Shown in pieces: positions 17,748-26,200 of a DNA stretch of 64,000 bases. The stretch is from Bacteroidota bacterium (lineage in GTDB: Bacteria > Bacteroidota > Bacteroidia > Chitinophagales > Saprospiraceae): assembly GCA_046051005.1 (NCBI GenBank), contig JBJOPA010000264.1, forward strand, positions 38,755 to 102,754, written 5' to 3'. The translations under genes and the position numbers were made by a program. A model generated the notes under the pieces. That model did no database searches. It saw only the letters and a list, made by a program, of their open reading frames with translations, and was not told where the DNA came from. Position 1 is the first letter of the stretch; the number at the start of each line of letters is the position of its first letter.

Positions 17748-19541
17748 ATGGTGGCGAAAGGGAAACCGAAGAATCTTGCTTTTTCGCGTATTTTGTGGCA
17801 ATTTTGGGTTGTGGGCATCGTGTTTTTGTCTTTTTCGAGTTGTAAAGATGGCAAAACCAACAATCCCCAAAACACACTGACCGTTCGTTTGTCAAACGAA
17901 CCAAGTCGGCTCAACCCGTTGTTGGGCAACGAAAGCAATGCCCTACAAGTGATGGCACAGCTTTTTCAACCTTTGCTCGACATTGACCCCACTACGCTCC
18001 AACTTGCACCCGTTTTGGCAAAAAACCGCGCGGTCGTCACGCCCATCACCGAAGGCGAATGGAAAGGCGGCACCAGCTACACGTTTGAAATCCGAGAAAA
18101 TGCAAAATGGGACAATGGCGCACCTATAACGGCTAATGATTATGTGTTTACCGTCAAAACCATTTTGAACCCATACGTGGGCGCAAGAAATTACCGAAGT
18201 ACCATAGATTTTGTCAGAAACATAGAAATAGATGCCAATAATCCACGTCGTTTTACTGTTTTGACGAACAAAAAATATATTTTAGCAGAAGAAAATTTAA
18301 GCATTTTGCCCGTTTTGCCCGCGCAAACTTTTGACCCAAGCGGCATGATGGCGAAATTTACGGTCGCTCAATTAACCAGTTTTTTACAAGATACTTCCAA
18401 AACGATAGATGTTGCGTCGCTTCAGAAATTTGGAGACGAATTTCACAGACCGCAACTCTCGCGCTCAAGCGAGGGCGTGGTGGGCAGTGGTGCGTATCGC
18501 CTCAAAGAATGGGTGACAGGACAGCGCATCGTGTTAGAGAAAAAAGAAAATTGGTGGGCAGATTCGCTTTCGGCAACAAATGTAATGTTGTCTGCTTTCC
18601 CCGACCGAATTGTGTATCGAATCATCTCGGAAGAGCCGACAATTGTTTCGCTCGTGAAAGATGGGAAATTAGATGCTACGCACCGACTTTCGGCGCAAAC
18701 GTATCTCGAAATGAAAAATGACAGTCAAATTAGAAAAAAATATGACTTTCGCGTAGTGCCTACGTTAGGGTTTGGCTACATCGGCATCAATTGTAAAAGT
18801 CAAAAATTTTCAGACAAACGCATGAGACGCGCTTTGGCGCATTTGGTGGACGTTGACCTCATTATCAATAAATATTTTGGTGGATTTGCGGAATCTTGTG
18901 TCGGACCGTTCGCGCCTGCACGAAGTTATTACAACAAAAAACTCGCGCCAATTGCCCTCGATACCGCAAAAGCAAAAGCATTGTTTAAACAATGTGGTTG
19001 GACGGATTCGGACGGCGACGGAATGCTCGACAAAACCGTAAATGGCGAAAAACAACGCCTCGAAATTCGCTATTTGTTCCCAACTGGAAATGCCAGTGGC
19101 AAAAGTATTGGGTTGGTGTTGTCTGAAAATGCCAAAAAAGTGGGCATTAAAATCAATATTGAACCATTGGATGGCGAGGTTTTTCAAGAAAAATTGAAAC
19201 GCCGCGACTTCGATTTGTTCGTCGGAGCCTTCACGCCTACGCCATTTCCCGACGACCCGAAAGAAATTTGGGCAACCTCAAGCGACGGCGCAGACGGAAA
19301 CAACCGATTCGGATTCGGAAATGCCGCTTCTGACAAACTCATAGAAGACATCAGAACGGAGCTAGATTCTGCAAAACGACATGATTTGTATCAACGTTTT
19401 CAAGAAGTTATTTATGACGAGCAGCCCGCTATTTTTGTATTTTCTCCGCAGGAAAAAGCAATTTTAAACAAGCGTTTTGCCCTCGAAAAAATTATCAAAA
19501 AACCCGGATATATTGAAGGACGTATGAAATTACAAAAATAA
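17748..19541 (+). CDS. ABC transporter substrate-binding protein, family 5 (peptide/nickel type), lipoprotein
   Basis: Lipobox FLSFSSC. The ~590-aa length and overall layout are typical of SBP_bac_5 (Opp/Dpp-like). I chose the internal ATG at 17748; the ORF track begins at 17706. Confidence 0.75.
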   Translation: MVAKGKPKNLAFSRILWQFWVVGIVFLSFSSCKDGKTNNPQNTLTVRLSNEPSRLNPLLGNESNALQVMAQLFQPLLDIDPTTLQLAPVLAKNRAVVTPITEGEWKGGTSYTFEIRENAKWDNGAPITANDYVFTVKTILNPYVGARNYRSTIDFVRNIEIDANNPRRFTVLTNKKYILAEENLSILPVLPAQTFDPSGMMAKFTVAQLTSFLQDTSKTIDVASLQKFGDEFHRPQLSRSSEGVVGSGAYRLKEWVTGQRIVLEKKENWWADSLSATNVMLSAFPDRIVYRIISEEPTIVSLVKDGKLDATHRLSAQTYLEMKNDSQIRKKYDFRVVPTLGFGYIGINCKSQKFSDKRMRRALAHLVDVDLIINKYFGGFAESCVGPFAPARSYYNKKLAPIALDTAKAKALFKQCGWTDSDGDGMLDKTVNGEKQRLEIRYLFPTGNASGKSIGLVLSENAKKVGIKINIEPLDGEVFQEKLKRRDFDLFVGAFTPTPFPDDPKEIWATSSDGADGNNRFGFGNAASDKLIEDIRTELDSAKRHDLYQRFQEVIYDEQPAIFVFSPQEKAILNKRFALEKIIKKPGYIEGRMKLQK

Positions 19542-19557
19542 TTTCGTAAAAAACCTT

Positions 19558-19623
19558 AAAAAAGACCACCCCCCAGTATCAACGCTCAAAAAAGGGCTTG
19601 GATACTGGGGGGTGGTCTTTTTT
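19558..19623. repeat. CAGTAT-box palindromic pair (copies 16 and 17)
   Basis: AAAAAAGACCACCCCCCAGTAT (19558-19579), a 22-nt spacer, then ATACTGGGGGGTGGTCTTTTTT (19602-19623). It starts 17 nt after the stop of the substrate-binding protein gene. Confidence 0.95.
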
Positions 19624-19677
19624 GAGAAAAATAAAAAAAAATAAGCGTCCATCAAGCCAAAACTGCGGTCAAGTGCG

Positions 19678-19685
19678 TACTTTTG
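19678..19685 (+). promoter_or_regulatory. -7 box TACTTTTG upstream of folA
   Basis: It lies 21 nt before the ATG at 19706, which supports the shorter folA start. Confidence 0.55.
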
Positions 19686-19705
19686 TGTCAAAATTTTCTA
19701 TAAAA

Positions 19706-20197
19706 ATGCTAATTTCAACCATTGTGGCTTGCGCACGCGGGCGTGTGATTGGGCGCGACAACCAAATCCCTTGGTATTTGCCTGCCGACCTAAAATATTT
19801 TCAACGTCAAACATCAGGACATCACATCATCATGGGGCGCAACTGTTTTGAGAGCATCGGGCGACCGTTGCCCAAGCGGACGAATGTGGTCATCACGCGC
19901 AATCCATTTTTTTTGGCGGCGGGTTGTTTGGTCGTCCATTCGGTTGCCGAAGCCTTGCGATTGGCGAAAACCGCAGGCGAAACCGAAGCATTTATCATCG
20001 GCGGCGGCGAAATTTATAACCAAACGCAAACCATTTGGGATAAAATTTATTTGACCGAAGTGGCGATTGATGTCGAAGGCGATGTTTTTTTTCCAGAAAT
20101 TGACGAAACAAAATATCAACTCGTTTTTGAAGAAGCGCACAAAGCTGACGAAAAAAATGAATTTGACTATGTCTTTAAAATATTTGAACGGCGTTGA
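19706..20197 (+). CDS. folA: dihydrofolate reductase
   Basis: MLISTIVACARGRVIGRDNQIPW, MGRNCFESIGRPLPKRTNVV and IIGGGEIY. The upstream 36 codons of the tracked ORF run through a palindromic repeat, so I excluded them. Confidence 0.9.
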   Translation: MLISTIVACARGRVIGRDNQIPWYLPADLKYFQRQTSGHHIIMGRNCFESIGRPLPKRTNVVITRNPFFLAAGCLVVHSVAEALRLAKTAGETEAFIIGGGEIYNQTQTIWDKIYLTEVAIDVEGDVFFPEIDETKYQLVFEEAHKADEKNEFDYVFKIFERR

Positions 20198-20206
20198 TTT
20201 TTTCGC

Positions 20207-20214
20207 TACTTTTG
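20207..20214 (+). promoter_or_regulatory. -7 box TACTTTTG upstream of rsmG
   Basis: It lies 32 nt before the ATG at 20246. Confidence 0.5.
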
Positions 20215-20245
20215 CGTCTTTTTTTGTAAATTTTATTTGTTTTTG

Positions 20246-20875
20246 ATGGAAGAAATTTTGAATTATTTCCCGAATCTCACGCCGCAACAAGTGGCGCAAT
20301 TCGAGCAACTGATGCCGCTTTACGTAGAATGGAATGAAAAAATAAACGTCATTTCGCGAAAAGACATCGAAAATTTGTATCGTCACCACGTGCTACATGC
20401 GTTGGCGATTGCAAAATTTGTAGATTTTAAGCCCGATGCCCATATTTTGGACTTGGGTACTGGGGGGGGCTTCCCGGGCATTCCGTTGGCGATTATTTTT
20501 CCAGAAACACAATTTTATTTGACCGACAGCATCGGCAAAAAAATAACGGTCGTCAAGGCGGTTGCCGAAGCGTTGGATTTGAAAAACGTAACCGCCCACC
20601 ATGTGCGGGCAGAAGAAGTGAAAGAAAAATTTGATTTTGTGATAACCCGCGCCGTTGCTACGTTTGACCAATTGGCGCGTTGGTCTTTGCGGTCGCTCAA
20701 AAAAAAGCACATTCATGCCTATCCAAACGGCATTATTGCGCTCAAAGGTGGAAATATTAAAGAGGAAATGCGTTTATTGCCGTTTCGACCTTATTACGAA
20801 GTGCAACCGATTAAAAAATATTTTCCATTCGACTTTTTTGATGAAAAATATATTGTCTATTTACAAGGACATTAA
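20246..20875 (+). CDS. rsmG: 16S rRNA (guanine527-N7)-methyltransferase
   Basis: The GidB-family SAM motif is LDLGTGGGFPGIPLAI, followed by VITRAVA. About 209 aa. Confidence 0.88.
   Translation: MEEILNYFPNLTPQQVAQFEQLMPLYVEWNEKINVISRKDIENLYRHHVLHALAIAKFVDFKPDAHILDLGTGGGFPGIPLAIIFPETQFYLTDSIGKKITVVKAVAEALDLKNVTAHHVRAEEVKEKFDFVITRAVATFDQLARWSLRSLKKKHIHAYPNGIIALKGGNIKEEMRLLPFRPYYEVQPIKKYFPFDFFDEKYIVYLQGH
20458..20469 (-). repeat. Variant copy 18 (gTACTG8) inside rsmG
   Basis: GGTACTGGGGGGGGC encodes the GTGGG of the SAM-binding loop. It may be coincidental or an exapted copy. Confidence 0.4.
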
Positions 20876-20971
20876 GAAATATAATTTTGTAGATTTTGAA
20901 TTAAGACCGAGCGTTGCTTTGTCTTAATTTTTTTTTTTAGAAAAAAAGAGATTACTTCTTATTAAAAATGA

Positions 20972-20979
20972 TACTTTTG
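20972..20979 (+). promoter_or_regulatory. -7 box TACTTTTG upstream of the GH65-like gene
   Basis: It lies 51 nt before the ATG at 21030. Confidence 0.5.
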
Positions 20980-21029
20980 CTATCCATTTTTAAAACAATT
21001 TATAAAATAAAATATCAAAAAAAAAGAAA

Positions 21030-23150
21030 ATGAGAATAAAAAACTGGTTTTTGACCGCCGCTATACTGGGGGGGGGGCATTTTTCGAGCCTCGTGCAAGC
21101 GCAAGACGCATGGAACATCACGGCAAAAAATATTGATGCCCAAAAGTATTACGGCGTGACCGTTGCCAATGGCATGGTGGGCATCATTTCGTCGCCCAAA
21201 CCATTGCAGGTTCAAGAAGTGGTGTTGAACGGTGCATTTGACCTCTACGGTCGTGGTCGCGTATCAAATATTTTGAAAGTATTTAGTTTTGCAAATATGC
21301 GACTGGAAGTTGCTACGCCAAACCAAACAAAAATTGGAAACATCGCCGCCAGCGATGCAGGAACGTATGGCAATTCGAGCATGGTGGGCACGGGAAATAT
21401 CTCCAATTTTGTTCAGAATTTGGACATGAAAAACGCCATGTTGACAACGACATTCGATTTTAAAGACATTTTGTCGGTGCGTCAAAACATGATGGCGTTG
21501 CGACATTTGCCCCATTCGGCGTTGATAGAAATGGAAATTACGGCAAAAAAAGACTGTGAAATCACGCCGTACAGCGTCATCGAAACGCCTGATAATCTAA
21601 AAGATGTAAAAAATTATTATTGGGAAATTGTGCGTCCACACGCCTACGTTCCGTTGATGACGAGCGTTGCAAAATCGCCTACGGGCAAATTGACCGCCGC
21701 CGTTTCCAACTCCATTTTGTTTGACGACGAAACCAACACGCCGAAAATTATCCACGAAGAATGGGACAACGGCATGCACTTGATGAAATTCACGAAACGC
21801 TTGAAAGCAGGCGAAACGTTCCGTTTTTCGGTCGTAGGTTCGGTCATTTCGACGGCACAAACCGCCGACCCACACAACGAAGCCGAACGCATGACCATTT
21901 TTGCGGCACTCGAAAAACGCAAACGCTTGCGTCAGCAACACGAAACGGCGTGGGCAAAATTGTGGGAATCGGACGTGTTGGTAGAAGGCGATGCGCCAGC
22001 GCAACAAGCGATTCACTCGGCATTGTACCATTTGTACAGCTTCGTACGCGAGGGAACGGGCTATTCGATGTCGCCGATGGGCTTGTCGGGATTGGGTTAT
22101 AACGGACACGTTTTTTGGGATACTGAACTTTGGATGTATCCTCCGCTCTTGGCATTGCACCCCGAAATGGCAAAATCAACGATGGAATATCGGTTCAAAG
22201 GTCTAGAAAAAGCAAAACTCAACGCATCAGGCTACGGCTACAAAGGGGCAAAATTCCCTTGGGAAGGCGATGATACGGGTCAAGAGTCGTGTCCAGTTTG
22301 GGCGTTGACGGGTCCGTTTCAACACCATATTACGGGTTGTGTTGGCTATTCTATGTGGAAATATTATCAAGTGTCGAAAGACAAAGAATGGTTAAAAACA
22401 CGTGGTTATCCTGTGTTGAAAGAAGTGGCGGATTTTTGGTCAAGTCGGGCAGAGTTGGGTTCGGACGGAAAATATCACATCATCAACGTTGTTTGTGCCG
22501 ACGAATGGGCGGAAAATGTGGACGACAACGCTTTCACAAATGGCATTGCAAAAACCGTTTTGTTATACGCCACCCAAGCCGCCGCCGAAATTGGCGAAAA
22601 AGCCGACCCGAAATGGAAAACCGTAAGCGACGGAATCGTGATTTTGAAATTGCCCAACGGCGTAACCCGTGAACATGCGAGTTACGAAAAACAAATTATC
22701 AAGCAAGCAGACGTAAATTTGTTGAGTTATCCACTCAATTTGGTGACTGATGCGGCGACGATAAAAAAAGATTTAGATTTTTATTGGGAACGTTTGGGCG
22801 ACAATCAACCGAATGGAAAAGGTTCGTCACCTGCGATGGCGCACGCGATTTTTTGTATTTTGAATGCCCGTTTAAACAATACCGATGTGGCGTATAAACA
22901 ATTTATGGACGCGCACAAACCCAACGAAGTGCCACCTTTCGGCGTTTTGTCGGAAACGGCGGGTGGAACGAATCCGTATTTTGCGACGGGTGCGGGCGGA
23001 TTTTTGCAAACGCTCATCAATGGTTTTGGTGGCTTGGAAATCACGGACGAAGGGATTGTTCAAAAATATCAACCCAAATTGCCAAAACATTGGAAATCCT
23101 TAACCATCAAAGGCGTGGGGTACGAAAAGAAGACTTTTGTTATTAAATAG
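21030..23150 (+). CDS. secreted glycoside hydrolase family 65-like protein
   Basis: Signal peptide. The central (alpha/alpha)6 signature is GYNGHVFWDTELWMYPPLL, and the 706-aa length fits. Substrate and hydrolase-versus-phosphorylase chemistry cannot be decided from the sequence. Confidence 0.7.
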   Translation: MRIKNWFLTAAILGGGHFSSLVQAQDAWNITAKNIDAQKYYGVTVANGMVGIISSPKPLQVQEVVLNGAFDLYGRGRVSNILKVFSFANMRLEVATPNQTKIGNIAASDAGTYGNSSMVGTGNISNFVQNLDMKNAMLTTTFDFKDILSVRQNMMALRHLPHSALIEMEITAKKDCEITPYSVIETPDNLKDVKNYYWEIVRPHAYVPLMTSVAKSPTGKLTAAVSNSILFDDETNTPKIIHEEWDNGMHLMKFTKRLKAGETFRFSVVGSVISTAQTADPHNEAERMTIFAALEKRKRLRQQHETAWAKLWESDVLVEGDAPAQQAIHSALYHLYSFVREGTGYSMSPMGLSGLGYNGHVFWDTELWMYPPLLALHPEMAKSTMEYRFKGLEKAKLNASGYGYKGAKFPWEGDDTGQESCPVWALTGPFQHHITGCVGYSMWKYYQVSKDKEWLKTRGYPVLKEVADFWSSRAELGSDGKYHIINVVCADEWAENVDDNAFTNGIAKTVLLYATQAAAEIGEKADPKWKTVSDGIVILKLPNGVTREHASYEKQIIKQADVNLLSYPLNLVTDAATIKKDLDFYWERLGDNQPNGKGSSPAMAHAIFCILNARLNNTDVAYKQFMDAHKPNEVPPFGVLSETAGGTNPYFATGAGGFLQTLINGFGGLEITDEGIVQKYQPKLPKHWKSLTIKGVGYEKKTFVIK
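21063..21077 (-). repeat. CAGTAT-box copy 19 (ATACTG10 + CATTTTT) inside the GH65-like gene
   Basis: It lies in the signal peptide and is read as AILGGGHF. Confidence 0.9.
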
Positions 23151-23200
23151 CCCCCCTCAATCCCCTCAAAAGGGGGAAGTCAGTCTTCCTTTGGAGGGCT
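23151..23200 (-). repeat. Family-2 G/C-rich repeat, copy a
   Basis: CCCCCCTCAATCCCCTCAAAAGGGGGAAGT... is the reverse complement of ACTTCCCCCTTTTGAGGGGATTGAGGGGGG. It starts at the first base after the GH65-like stop codon. Confidence 0.8.
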
Positions 23201-23205
23201 AAAAG

Positions 23206-23254
23206 AAGGCAGAAAATCGGTAGCGATACCAATTTTCTGCCTTTCTTTTTTTTT
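23206..23254. terminator. Bidirectional terminator between the GH65-like gene and the adhesin gene
   Basis: AAGGCAGAAAAT ... ATTTTCTGCCTT, followed by TCTTTTTTTTT. Confidence 0.8.
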
Positions 23255-23283
23255 AAATTTTAAAAATTATTAAAAATAAATAT

Positions 23284-26200
23284 TTAGTTTCTACGCACCG
23301 TTACAGGCGGACAAATTACGGGTGGACAATTACAAACGGTCGCTTGAATGGTCACGATTCTATCCACAAAACAACTTTCTGACCCGTTGAAAATACGAAT
23401 CACATAAGTCGTGGCGGTGGCGGGATTGGGCAAATTGGCAATCGTTGCCGTGGTGCCTGATACCGCGATTTGCGCTGCGGCGTAGGTTAAACCTGTCACG
23501 CCGTTGGTGCTGTATGCAATTTTATCTGCATTGGCAAGACCTGTAATTTCAATTGTCGCATTGCTATTTGGCGTTGAACCCAAACACGTGGCAGACGTTG
23601 GAACTATATTTGCCACCGTCGGTTGGATACAAGTTGCGGTACAAGTTTTAGGTTGTACCGTCACCGTCGTATCGAGATAACAAGTGGAATCGCTTCCGAA
23701 AAATCGCAACGTATAAATTGTTGGTGACGAAGGATTGGGTAAGCCCGAAATCGTTAATGCACCACCTGTCAATGCCGTTGCGCTCGTGTAGGCGAGTCCT
23801 GTTGAACCATTGGTTCCGAAGGCAACCCGCGTCGCATTTGTCCAGCTTGATAAACTGATGATGGCATCGTTGTTAGGCGTTGTGCCATTACAAGAGGCTT
23901 GAAACGCATTGACGGTGCCTGCAACAATGGGGTTACATTCGACGGTAATGGTAGCGGGGTCGAGCGTATCTACGCATTGATTGAGGTCTCGAACCACAAT
24001 TTTTACGGCATACGAACCCGCCGTAGTGGGCGTTCCGTTCACCAATCCGCTTGCTGTCATCGAAAGTCCTTGTGGCAAAATGCCAGTAGAACCGACTAAC
24101 CAAATAAATTGATATGGTGCGACTCCGCCTGATGCGGTCACTTGGGCGTTGTAAGGCGTTCCGACGCGACCGTTTGGTAATGTGTTGGGCGACAAATCAA
24201 TTCGAGCGCAAACTCTTACACACGTTGACGGATTCAAAACGACCGTTGTGTCATTGAAACACGTGGTGTCCGTTCCCCAAATTCTGAACGTATAAGTCGT
24301 AGCTACTGGGGGGGCAGCTAAACCTGTCAATTTGATGCTATCTGCTGTTGAAGCGGTAGCTGTTGCCGCAAATAAACCGTTTGCACCTGTTGTTGAATAT
24401 GCATATTTTGTCATTCCAACGATTCCGCGTACGGCGACCATTGCATCAACATTTAATACGCCGTTTACGCAAGTTGCGGTGTCCGCTTTGACATTTGCAA
24501 TTGTTGGCGCAACGCAAGCCAAATAGATACCTGCATCCCATTTCAAATCTTTATCACCATCAATAACAGTAATAGATGTTATAGTTTTTCCCGTTGCATC
24601 AACATCGCTATCGTTTACATCGTCAGTACCTTGATTGGCTTGTGAAACCGCATAGCCATTAGGCAAATCAAATTTAACGAAATAATTTCCAGGTGCTACA
24701 TTGAAAAAGTAGTTTCCAGAAGTATTTGTAGTGGTTGTTACGGGTAGATTAGTTGTTGGATTTGTAACAGGATTCATCAAAGAATCTAGTAAATGTGCTG
24801 TTACATTAGCAACGCCTGTTTCGCCGTTGTTATAGATTCCATCTCTGTCACTATCAAGCCAAACTAAATCACCAATTTGAGCGGATTTTACTTTTAGCCC
24901 AACTTTAATAGGTTCGGCTGGCGGAACTAATGTGCCTGTAGTAGATTCCGAACGATGTCCAAAAGAGTTCCAAGCCACATCGTCTGGTCCTACACCATAA
25001 GGTACGCGCATCGTCCAGCGTAATTCCAAACTGTCTGCTGGTTGAATAGTAGTGCTGCCGAAATCAAAAATCATTGACCGAATATCTCCCAAATTTGTAG
25101 GCGGTGTTGTAGAAAAGGTGTTTGAAACACAACCCCCTCCTGGTTCATTAATAGCTGGGTCTAAATCAGTCCTACAGGGATTAGAAGAGGTACTATATTT
25201 TATTGTCACGCCAGCAGGGATAAAATCCATTGAAACGAAAGAGGGTTGATATGCGGACTGTCGGAAATCATTGTAGGTCAATACCCCAATATCACCTATA
25301 TATGGGAGAATATCAAGTGTACGAATATTGGTTAATGGTTTATTTCCTACATTTTTAACATATAGTTTGTACTGAAAAGTTCCATTCACAACAGTTTTAC
25401 CTACATTTGGGTATCTATGAAAAGTGGTATCACACAATCCTTTAACATATTTATAGGATTCTATTGCCGTTGTTTCCAAAACGTTTACTGATGATAGCCA
25501 TGAAGCTGGCAAAGTGTCGGTAAGTGTCAATCCATCTCCGTCAATATCAAACGTATCTCTCACAAATTGTGGGTTGTCGCAGGCATTGACAATAGGGTTA
25601 GTTGCGCTGACGAAGTATAACTGATTTCTAATTTCACCTGGGGCAGTTCCAGGTCGAATTTTTGCTTTTATGGTAACGCAATTATAACTACCAACAGGCA
25701 TACTTGCCCCTTGCCAACTGAACTTGAGCAGTTGCCTCCCCGTATTAGCAAAGTTATCAATTACCGTCAAAGTTGGTGCAGGCAAGTTACCTTGATTCAC
25801 CATAGACCCAGCCACATACGTTAGTTCAGGAGCCAACAGGTCTGCGATTATACCATTTCGCAATGAGTCGGACGCGTCCCAATTATTGTTTAAGCAGAGT
25901 TGATACTCAATTTCGTTGTTGGGTTGCTGATTATAGTTACTCAACAATGACTTGCTGACAACGGGTTTTGGCGATTTATCAACGATGCTAATAGAATCTG
26001 TTACTATGGGTAAAATAGTAGTAGTTCCCGCATAATCATATTTTGTGTTGATGCTATTGCCAATTTTCAACGGTAGTGCATAAGTTGTGCCATTGATAGA
26101 GGGGTTAATCATTCGACCTTGTATATAGGTAACAGCATTGTTGGCACTAAACCCAACAGGTAACCTATCCCAAGTAATACGAAAGTCTGTCAAATAATCG

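Noticed and set aside
19598-19705. The 36-codon N-terminal extension of the folA ORF in the six-frame track (MDTGGWSFLRKIKKNK...).
   Set aside because: It is translated straight through the right arm of the palindromic motif pair (19602-19623). A TACTTTTG -7 box at 19678-19685 and the canonical DHFR N-terminus MLISTIVA... at 19706 support the shorter gene.
20458-20469. The rsmG copy GTACTGGGGGGGG counted as a bona fide motif copy.
   Set aside because: It encodes the universally conserved GxGxG SAM-binding loop (LGTGGGFPG) and lacks the leading A. It may be coincidental, so it is kept only as a low-confidence variant.
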